From Candidatus Iainarchaeum sp. (GTDB lineage: Archaea; Iainarchaeota; Iainarchaeia; Iainarchaeales; CSSED10-239), in contig JAQVTI010000003.1 in the NCBI GenBank assembly GCA_028700115.1, positions 38,551 through 70,550 of the forward strand: a DNA stretch of 32,000 nt. The letters are read 5' to 3'. The notes beneath the pieces were generated by a model, which made no database searches, had not been told where the DNA came from, and saw only the letters and a program-made list of their open reading frames with translations. The translations under genes were made by a program, and so were the position numbers. Every line of letters starts with the position of its first letter. The stretch's first letter is position 1. This document shows, in pieces, positions 16,670 to 26,615 of this stretch.

Positions 16670-17794
16670 ATGTTTAATTTTTCTTTATTTTATTTTTTTA
16701 TTGTTTTATTTTTTTTAATTATTTCTTCATATACTGATTTTAAAAAAAGAATTGTATTAAATAAAGTTGTTTTATTTTTTTTAATTTTAGGTATTTTATT
16801 TAAAATTTTAGAAAGTGTTTTATTTAGTTCTTTTAATATTTTGTTATTTTCTATTTTATCTTTTATTATTTGTTTTATAATTTTTTATATTTTATGGAGT
16901 ATAGGTGTTTTTTCAGCAGGGGATGTAAAGGTTTTTTTAGTTATTTCTATATTTATTCCTAATAATTTAGTTTTTTTGAATATTTTAGATAAAATATATG
17001 TTCTTTCAAAACCAATATTTTCTTTAAATCTTTTATTTTTTTCAATTTTTTCAATTTTACCTTTTATTTTATTTTTTGCAGTTATAAAATTATTTAATAT
17101 AGATAATTTAATATTAATTAAAAATAAAATTTTTAAAAAATATTTTTTAGAAAGTATATTAAATTCTGTAATTATTTTATTTTTAGTTTCTTCTTTTTTA
17201 AGTATATTTAGTTCTTTTTTAAATTCTTTTTATATTTTTATTTTTTCATTATTTTTTATATTTTTTTTTAATAAATTAAAATCTATAATTAATAAAGGTA
17301 CTTATATTTTTTATGTTTTATTTTTTACATTTTTGTTTATTTATAATTTTTATATCCCAATTAATGTTTTTAATTTTAATAATTTTTTTTCAATAATTTT
17401 GAGTGTAAGTATTATTTTTGTTCTTTTAGTTTTATACACTATTATTAGAAATAAAATATTTACATATACAAAAAGTGTAGATAAACTTAAAGAAGGTGAT
17501 TTACTTTATTATAATTATTATTTTATAAATAATATGGTTTATACTAAAAAATATAATTTTATTAAATATATTTTTGATATATTGAAAAATAATTATTATA
17601 TTAACCTAAAAATTGATTCAAGACATTCTGCAGGAATTTTAAAATCAGACATTATATTTTTAAATGATTCCTATAACCATAATTTAATAGAAAAAGAAAT
17701 TAAATTAAAAAAAACAGTTCCTTTTATTCCAAGTGTTTTAATTGCATATATTATATTAAATATAATTGGAGATGTTTTTTGGTTTATTATATAA
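16670..17794 (+). CDS. Archaeal prepilin/preflagellin peptidase (A24 family aspartyl protease, EppA/PibD/FlaK-like) with extended C-terminal half
   Basis: 374 aa. The first catalytic Asp context is SSYTDFKKRIVLNK and the second is in the GxGD-type motif VFSAGDVKVF. The terminal TVPFIPSVLIAYIIL resembles the conserved last helix. About 200 aa of extra TM helices plus a polar segment lie between the core and the last helix. Confidence 0.85.
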   Translation: MFNFSLFYFFIVLFFLIISSYTDFKKRIVLNKVVLFFLILGILFKILESVLFSSFNILLFSILSFIICFIIFYILWSIGVFSAGDVKVFLVISIFIPNNLVFLNILDKIYVLSKPIFSLNLLFFSIFSILPFILFFAVIKLFNIDNLILIKNKIFKKYFLESILNSVIILFLVSSFLSIFSSFLNSFYIFIFSLFFIFFFNKLKSIINKGTYIFYVLFFTFLFIYNFYIPINVFNFNNFFSIILSVSIIFVLLVLYTIIRNKIFTYTKSVDKLKEGDLLYYNYYFINNMVYTKKYNFIKYIFDILKNNYYINLKIDSRHSAGILKSDIIFLNDSYNHNLIEKEIKLKKTVPFIPSVLIAYIILNIIGDVFWFII

Positions 17795-17808
17795 ATTTGT
17801 GATTATAT

Positions 17809-18276
17809 ATGATTAAAAATAAAAAAGCTCAGATTTCAATTGAATATATTGTTTTTATTGCAATTTTTTTAATGTTTTTTCAAGCTGTATTATATCCTTC
17901 TGCAGTTTTTGCAGAAAATATAATTAATGATGTTTCTAGTATTTCTCAATCTAGTCAAAGTATTAATTCTTTATCAAATTCTATTGAAAGTTTAGCCAAT
18001 AGTTCTGGTTATGGTAAAAGAACTATTTTTTTCTATCTTCCAGAGAATACTCATATGTCTATTGAAAGTAATAAAATTATCTATTCTATAGATATTTCTA
18101 ACCAAAAACCATTCCCTAATAATTGTTCTACAGGAATTTGTACTTTTGAAAAAATATTATATATTGGTTCTTTATCTATTTCTGAAGAAGATTCAGATAA
18201 CTTTATAGGCGGTTATTCTGGGAAACTTATTATTGAAAAAAAAGATAATGGTGTAATTAGTGTTAAAGCGGATTAA
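17809..18276 (+). CDS. Pilin-like protein with class III signal peptide (minor pilin candidate)
   Basis: 155 aa. Leader MIKNKKA|QISIEYIVFIAIFLMFF. GTGAT at 17799-17803, 5 nt upstream of the ATG. Confidence 0.7.
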   Translation: MIKNKKAQISIEYIVFIAIFLMFFQAVLYPSAVFAENIINDVSSISQSSQSINSLSNSIESLANSSGYGKRTIFFYLPENTHMSIESNKIIYSIDISNQKPFPNNCSTGICTFEKILYIGSLSISEEDSDNFIGGYSGKLIIEKKDNGVISVKAD

Positions 18277-18616
18277 AGCTCAAGCAAGTATCGAATATAT
18301 TGTAATTATTACTTTTATTTTAGCTATATCTATCTTTTTTGTATTAATTATTTTTAAAACAAATGATATTAATTATTCTATTCATCAAACAAAACAAGAA
18401 ACTTTAAGATTAATCTCAGAGTCAGATTCTTCTATTATTTTAGAAAAAATTAATTATGAAATTTCTGATAATACCATTTTACATTTAAATTTAAATTTTT
18501 TAAAAATACATCCTACAGATATTTTTTTTATTGATCAAAATTATTCTTTTGTTAAACAAAATATTTTAAATAAAACTAAATTTACAGACGTGGTTTTTAG
18601 TTTTAAATATATTTAA
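18260..18616 (+). CDS. Pilin-like protein with class III signal peptide (minor pilin candidate)
   Basis: 118 aa. GTG start 6 nt after GGTG (18250-18253), overlapping the previous gene by 17 nt. Leader (V)LKRIKA|QASIEYIVIITFILAISIFF. Confidence 0.65.
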   Translation: MLKRIKAQASIEYIVIITFILAISIFFVLIIFKTNDINYSIHQTKQETLRLISESDSSIILEKINYEISDNTILHLNLNFLKIHPTDIFFIDQNYSFVKQNILNKTKFTDVVFSFKYI

Positions 18617-18656
18617 ACAATGAATTTTTTTTAAATTATTAATTTAGGTAGAATAT

Positions 18657-19151
18657 ATGAATACAAAACATATTTGGCAATTAGAAATAATTTTTTTATG
18701 TGGTCTTTTTGTAAATCTTTTTGTAGAAAAAATGCTTTATTTAAAAATTTTATTTATTTTTTTAATTTTACTTTTTGTTTTTAAAGAGAAAGATACTTTT
18801 GTATTTATTAAACTTAAATATTTATATTTTGGTTATGGTTTAGTTGGTATCCTTATTTTAGCTTTATTGATCGGATTTATATCTAATATTTATTTTATAA
18901 CCATTAGTATTTGTTTAGTAGTTTTATATTTTTATTTATATAAAATAATTTTTAATAAAACCATTGGAGTTGTTTTAAAAATATCTTCTAAAAAAATTTA
19001 TTTTAAAGTGATAGATCCATTTTATAAGTCTAAAAAAGAATTTATTCTTTCTTCTAATTTAAAAATTTCTAAAAATGATAAAATTTCAATCTTACAAAGT
19101 TCTTTTTTAATTAAAAAACCTCTAAAAATTTTAAAAGTTTTAAAAGAATAA
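18657..19151 (+). CDS. Membrane protein with C-terminal beta-rich domain (weak NfeD-like impression)
   Basis: 164 aa. Three to four N-terminal TM helices, then IGVVLKISSKKIYFKVIDPF...ISKNDKISILQSS...LKILKV. The family assignment is only a pattern impression. Confidence 0.45.
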   Translation: MNTKHIWQLEIIFLCGLFVNLFVEKMLYLKILFIFLILLFVFKEKDTFVFIKLKYLYFGYGLVGILILALLIGFISNIYFITISICLVVLYFYLYKIIFNKTIGVVLKISSKKIYFKVIDPFYKSKKEFILSSNLKISKNDKISILQSSFLIKKPLKILKVLKE

Positions 19152-19154
19152 TAT

Positions 19155-19520
19155 ATGTTTAAAAAAAGTTTTGTAATTTTTTTTATTTTAATAATTATTT
19201 TTTGTTTTATATTTCTTTCTTTTTTAACTTTTTTTTATAAACCACCTTCATTAAATTTATTTGATTTTAATTTTGATTTTCATTTAAACAAATCAATTTC
19301 TTTAAATGGGCTTGTTAAAAATGTTGTAATTAAGGATAATATCTTATTTTTTGAAATATGTCAATATTCTAGATGTCTTGATTGTGTGATTTTTAATTTT
19401 ACTTCTTTTCAAAAAGATTTGGTTTATAAAAAATCTTTAGATAAATCTTTTTTAGAAGTTATTGGGCTTTTAACAGAATATAATAATAAACCAGAAATAA
19501 TTGTTTATAGATTAATATGA
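19155..19520 (+). CDS. Membrane-anchored protein with putative OB-fold domain
   Basis: 121 aa. N-terminal TM FVIFFILIIIFCFIFLSFLTFF, then ISLNGLVKNVVIKDNILFFEICQYSRCLDCVIFNF...SFLEVIGLLTEYNNKPEIIVYRLI. This follows the alternating pattern typical of OB-fold (tRNA_anti-like) domains. It starts 3 nt after the previous stop. Confidence 0.45.
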   Translation: MFKKSFVIFFILIIIFCFIFLSFLTFFYKPPSLNLFDFNFDFHLNKSISLNGLVKNVVIKDNILFFEICQYSRCLDCVIFNFTSFQKDLVYKKSLDKSFLEVIGLLTEYNNKPEIIVYRLI

Positions 19521-20701
19521 TTTATTTTTTACAAATAATTGTAGGGGTTCTTTTAGGAACTTTTATTGGTTTTTTTCCAAATATACATATTAATCTTTTA
19601 GCATATGTTTTTTCTATAATTAATTTAATTTATTCTCCAGATTCTTTTTATTTTTTTTTATCTTTCTCTATTTCTCAATTAATTTCAAGTTATCTCCCCA
19701 CCACTTTTTTTGGAATCCCAAATGAATCTACTGTTTTATCTTTATTTCCTTCTCAAAGATTAAATTTAAAAGGGGAGTCTAAACTTGCAATTTATTTATG
19801 TCTTTTTGGATCTTTTTTAGGTTGTTTATTTTCTATATTAATTCTTCCTTTTTTAGGAATTATTTTTTCTTTATTAAAAGATTTTAATTTTATTATTTAT
19901 TTTTCAATAATTCTTTCTTTATTTTTATTTATTTTATCTCAATCTAAAATTAAAGATATGCTTATTGTTTTTTCTATTATAATTTTTTCTGGTTCTTTAG
20001 GGATATTTACTTTAAAATACAATTTATTTTTTAGGGAACCTCTTTTTGTATGTATTACTTGTCTTTTTGCTTTTCCTTATTTAATTTCATCAATTTTTAA
20101 TAAACATAGAGGTGTTTTTCAAAGTTTTTCAAAAGTAAATTTAGATTATAATAAATATATTTTACCTGGATTAATTGGTTCTATATCTTCTTTTTTAATT
20201 ATTTTAATACCTTCTTTTTCTTCATCTCAAGCAGCTGCAATTATTTCTTCTATTAAAAAAAAAATTAATGAAAAAGTATATTTAATTATTTTTTCATCAA
20301 TTTCTATTAGTGCTTTAATATTTTCTTATTTTCTTGCAATTAATTTTAATAAACCCAGATTAGGATATATTGCCATTTTATTATCTGCAAATGTGCTTCC
20401 TGTTTCTTTTAATTATTTTATTTTTTCTATAGTTATTTTAATTTCTTCTCTTTTAAGTAGTTTTATAATTTTTAGTTTAATTAATTTTATTTTAAAAATT
20501 ATAAATCATTTAAATTTATATAGAATTAATATTTTCTTTTTTATTTTTATTTTGTTTATACTTATTTTTGTTTCTGGTTTTAATAGTATTTTTTTAATTA
20601 TTATAAGTACTTTAATTGGTTTTATTCCTTTGAGATTTAATAAATCTAGACTTTTTTTAATCAGTTATTTAATGATCCCTACTTTACTTTTTTATATTTA
20701 A
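19517..20701 (+). CDS. Polytopic membrane protein, possibly DUF112/TctA-like
   Basis: 394 aa with more than 10 hydrophobic helices and an ATGA overlap with the previous gene. The N-terminal GVLLGTFIGFFPNIHINLLA...FFGIPNESTVLSLFPSQRLNLKGESKLAIYLCLFGSFLG resembles the TctA-family signature by eye. Confidence 0.45.
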   Translation: MIYFLQIIVGVLLGTFIGFFPNIHINLLAYVFSIINLIYSPDSFYFFLSFSISQLISSYLPTTFFGIPNESTVLSLFPSQRLNLKGESKLAIYLCLFGSFLGCLFSILILPFLGIIFSLLKDFNFIIYFSIILSLFLFILSQSKIKDMLIVFSIIIFSGSLGIFTLKYNLFFREPLFVCITCLFAFPYLISSIFNKHRGVFQSFSKVNLDYNKYILPGLIGSISSFLIILIPSFSSSQAAAIISSIKKKINEKVYLIIFSSISISALIFSYFLAINFNKPRLGYIAILLSANVLPVSFNYFIFSIVILISSLLSSFIIFSLINFILKIINHLNLYRINIFFFIFILFILIFVSGFNSIFLIIISTLIGFIPLRFNKSRLFLISYLMIPTLLFYI

Positions 20702-20746
20702 TTTTAAATACTTCTATTTATAATATATTTTATAAAATATATTTGT

Positions 20747-21136
20747 ATGACAAAAAATTTATCTTGGAAAATATATGACGATGTTATAGAAAGTATAATG
20801 GCTTTATCAAAATCTTTTTACCCAAATGAGTTTTCTGGAATGCTTTATGCAGAAAATAATGTTATTCAAGATATATATATTATTCCAAAAACTATTAGTA
20901 ATAGAAATAATGCTATTATTAGACTAGATTTAGTTCCAATGAGTTTAAATATAATTGGTTCTGTTCATTCACATCCTTCTGGTTTTGGAAAACCATCTAT
21001 TGCAGATCTTAATTTTTTTTCACGAAAATATGTTAATATTATTTCATATTTTCCTTTTTCTAAAAATTGTTTTAAAGTTTATGATAATTTAGGTCATATT
21101 ATTGATAATTTTGAGATTATTTTTAGACAAAAATAA
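20747..21136 (+). CDS. JAMM/MPN+ family metalloprotease (stand-alone)
   Basis: 129 aa. Complete JAMM motif: upstream Glu (YPNEFSGMLY) and GSVHSHPSGFGKPSIADLNFF, which matches HxH-x7-S-xx-D. Confidence 0.85.
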   Translation: MTKNLSWKIYDDVIESIMALSKSFYPNEFSGMLYAENNVIQDIYIIPKTISNRNNAIIRLDLVPMSLNIIGSVHSHPSGFGKPSIADLNFFSRKYVNIISYFPFSKNCFKVYDNLGHIIDNFEIIFRQK

Positions 21137-21260
21137 CTATTTTTTTAGTATTTTTAGAAACATTTATAAATTTTGTGTAAAAAGTCCTTTAAGCTTTTCG
21201 GATCTTTATTTTTTTATATAAATAATTTCTTTTTTTAATTTTTTTATAATGTGATTTTTT

Positions 21261-23924
<2,664 letters not shown>

Positions 23925-23976
23925 TTTTTATTTTTTTATTTTAAATTATTTTAATTATATCTAAAAGGTTATTTTT

Positions 23977-25134
23977 ATGAGTGGAAAAGATTATTACGAA
24001 ATTTTAGGTGTCTCAAAAGATGCAAGCATTGAAGAAATTAAAAAAGCATATAAAACATTAGCAAAAAAATATCATCCAGATCTAGCTGGAGAAGGTGCTG
24101 ATGAAGAGAAATTTAAAGAAATAAGTAATGCTTATTCTACTCTATCAAATTCAGAAAAAAGAAAACAATATGATACATTTGGACAAGCAGGTGCATCTGA
24201 TCAAGGATTCGGACAAGGTTTTGGACAAGGCTTTTCTGGTTTTTCAAGAAGTGGGTTTTCTTCACAAGGTTTTGATTTTTCAGATATATTTTCTTCATTT
24301 ATGGATGATGATGATAATATTTTTTCAAGTTTTTCAAGAAGAGGTCAAAGAAGACAACAAAGACAAGAAAATCTAGATGTTGTTGAAAAAGTTAATTTAA
24401 CTTTTGAAGAAGCATATAAAGGTGTTAAGAAAAAAATTGAAATTTATAAAGATGTAGAGTGTACTTATTGTGCAGGGACAGGTTCTAAATCTATGAAAAA
24501 AGAAACCTGTGATGTTTGTCATGGAAGAGGAAGAATAATAACTACAAAAAGAACTCCTTTTGGTGCATTTTCTGTTGAAAATATTTGTCATAAATGTCAA
24601 GGAAAAGGAACAATAATAAAAGATCCTTGTTCAAAATGTGATGGAAAAGGATATGTTAGAGAGTCTAAAAAAATAAATGTAGATATCCCATCAGGAGTAA
24701 ATAATAGAGATGTTATTAGAGTTGTTTCTCAAGGACATGAACATAATAATCAAAAAGGAAATTTATTTTTAAATATAAGTGTAAGTCCTCATGATTTTTT
24801 CAAAAGAGATGAATATGATATATATTGTGAAGTTCCTATAAGTTATACAGATTTAGTTTTTGGAACTGATCTTAAATTAAATATTTTTGGAGATAAAATA
24901 AAAGTTAAAATCCCGTCTTCAACTACAAATAATACTATTTTTAGAATTAAAAATAAAGGTTTTAATCATATAAATTCTAGAGGTTCTGGAGATTTGTATG
25001 TTAAAGTAGTTTCCGAGATACCATCTAAAATTTCAGGAGAATATAAAAAGAAATTAAAAGAATTAAAGGATCTAGAAGAAAAAAATATTACTAAAGAAAT
25101 TAATAAGAAGTATAAAGATTATATTGAATTGTAG
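23977..25134 (+). CDS. dnaJ: Hsp40 co-chaperone DnaJ (type I)
   Basis: 385 aa. J-domain DYYEILGV...KKYHPD, G/F region GFGQGFGQGFSGFS, and four CxxCxGxG zinc motifs (CTYCAGTG, CDVCHGRG, CHKCQGKG, CSKCDGKG). Confidence 0.95.
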   Translation: MSGKDYYEILGVSKDASIEEIKKAYKTLAKKYHPDLAGEGADEEKFKEISNAYSTLSNSEKRKQYDTFGQAGASDQGFGQGFGQGFSGFSRSGFSSQGFDFSDIFSSFMDDDDNIFSSFSRRGQRRQQRQENLDVVEKVNLTFEEAYKGVKKKIEIYKDVECTYCAGTGSKSMKKETCDVCHGRGRIITTKRTPFGAFSVENICHKCQGKGTIIKDPCSKCDGKGYVRESKKINVDIPSGVNNRDVIRVVSQGHEHNNQKGNLFLNISVSPHDFFKRDEYDIYCEVPISYTDLVFGTDLKLNIFGDKIKVKIPSSTTNNTIFRIKNKGFNHINSRGSGDLYVKVVSEIPSKISGEYKKKLKELKDLEEKNITKEINKKYKDYIEL

Positions 25135-25188
25135 TTTTTAACAGGTTTTAAAAAAGTTTTGTTTTTAAATATATTTGGATTTGATTTT

Positions 25189-25284
25189 ATGAAAATATAT
25201 ATTTGGACAAAAGTATGTGTAGATGGTAAAATTAATAATAAATTACTTGGTGCTGCACATAATGGTTGTTGTAAACAAGGCTAG
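25189..25284 (+). CDS. Untracked 31-codon ORF: candidate precursor peptide for the adjacent rSAM/SPASM enzyme, or remnant of a RibD_C-like reductase gene
   Basis: My translation: MKIYIWTKVCVDGKINNKLLGAAHNGCCKQG*. By my count 27 of its 96 nt are G/C, whereas the next 41 nt (25285-25325) contain none. A TATA-like tttaaata lies about 20 nt upstream, and I see no SD. Whether it is coding is uncertain. Confidence 0.3.
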   Translation: MKIYIWTKVCVDGKINNKLLGAAHNGCCKQG

Positions 25285-25334
25285 TATATAATTATTTATT
25301 TTAAATAATAAATATATTTTTAATTTTGATATTT

Positions 25335-26615
25335 ATGGGTCTTTATTCTCCTAAGATTATTAAATTAGATAATGGTTTTGCAATTACTGCTGAAAAAACA
25401 TTAATTTTATTAAATAAAGCAGAATTTATTAAAAATAAATCTGAAATTTTAAAATTATGTGAAGACTCTTTCAAAAATGTATCTTCATCTAATTTACAAT
25501 TTAAGAGTAATGAAAATACATTGAGTTTTACAATAATTCCTACTACCGATTGTAATCTACGATGTGTTTATTGTTATTCAGATGGTGGTTTTGATAAAAA
25601 AAATTTAACTTTTGAATTTACAAAAGAATTTATTGATAAGCTAATCCAACATAATCCAAATTGTAATAATATTAATTTAGATTTTACAGGTGGTGGCGAA
25701 CCTTTATTAAATTTTGAATTAATTCAAAAAGTTGTTGATTATTTAGAATCTAAAAATTTTAATTTAAATATAAGTATGGTAACAAATGGAATACTTTTAC
25801 CTAAATATCTTCCTTGGCTTAAAATACATTCATTTTTTTTAAGAATTTCTTATGATGGTTGTGCTCAAAAAATAAATCGTCCAGGGTTAAATTTTAATTC
25901 TAATGAAAAATTATCTGAAACTTTTAAATTAATTAAAAATGAATATCCTTTAGATTTAGTTGGTGTTCAGATGACTATTACTAAATCTAATATTGATAAT
26001 TTACCTTTTGATGTTTTAAAAATTATAACTGATTATAAAATAAATTCCATAAAAATTGAACCCGTACATACTTCTTATTCTATACGTTCAAAAATTGTAA
26101 ATCAACCAACACCTAAAGAATTTGTTGATAGTTATCTTTCTACTTTAGATTTATTAATTTCTAAAAATATTGAAGTTTATATTGATAATTCATATTTATC
26201 AATTCCAAGTACTGCTTATTTTTGTTCTATTAGAAATAAAGCTATAATTTCTCCTTATAATTTAATCACATCTTGTGTGGAAGTTATAAAAAAAGAAGGT
26301 AATGAAAATAATGGTGTTGTGTTATGTGATGATATTTCTTTAATTGATTTCAATACTATTCGAAAAATACAATTAGATAAATTATACCCTTTACATCCTA
26401 AAAATTATAGTGATTGTTCTGAATGTGATTTTGTACATATTTGTAAAAATAATTGTCCTATGCGTAGAATTTTAAATAATAATCACAAATATAAATATAA
26501 TTGTGAAATTTCTCATTTATTAATACCTAAATTTTTGGAAAGAGCTAATTCTAATAAAAAATATTTAGAATTAGTTTTTGGAAATAGTTTTAAAGAAAGA
26601 TCCAAATGCGTTTAG
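25335..26615 (+). CDS. Radical SAM enzyme with C-terminal SPASM domain
   Basis: ORF track begins at TTG 25326; ATG 25335 gives MGLYSPK.... Radical SAM motif CNLRCVYC, GGE motif FTGGGEPLLNF. SPASM elements are CSIRNKAIISPYNLITSC and an exact CX2CX5CX3C (CSECDFVHICKNNC), plus a later Cys (YNCEISH). About 70 aa precede the rSAM core. Confidence 0.85.
   Translation: MGLYSPKIIKLDNGFAITAEKTLILLNKAEFIKNKSEILKLCEDSFKNVSSSNLQFKSNENTLSFTIIPTTDCNLRCVYCYSDGGFDKKNLTFEFTKEFIDKLIQHNPNCNNINLDFTGGGEPLLNFELIQKVVDYLESKNFNLNISMVTNGILLPKYLPWLKIHSFFLRISYDGCAQKINRPGLNFNSNEKLSETFKLIKNEYPLDLVGVQMTITKSNIDNLPFDVLKIITDYKINSIKIEPVHTSYSIRSKIVNQPTPKEFVDSYLSTLDLLISKNIEVYIDNSYLSIPSTAYFCSIRNKAIISPYNLITSCVEVIKKEGNENNGVVLCDDISLIDFNTIRKIQLDKLYPLHPKNYSDCSECDFVHICKNNCPMRRILNNNHKYKYNCEISHLLIPKFLERANSNKKYLELVFGNSFKERSKCV

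Noticed and set aside
20722-20743. 22-bp perfect palindrome aatatattttataaaatatatt just upstream of the JAMM start codon
   Set aside because: It is composed only of A/T, so the chance expectation is high, and it probably just overlaps TATA-like promoter sequence.
21137-21260. Slightly GC-richer patch (aagtcctttaagcttttcggatc) between JAMM and grpE, considered as a small RNA or heat-shock operator
   Set aside because: Only a ~4-bp stem can be formed, there is no tRNA-like or other recognisable structure, and it is too short and weak to call.
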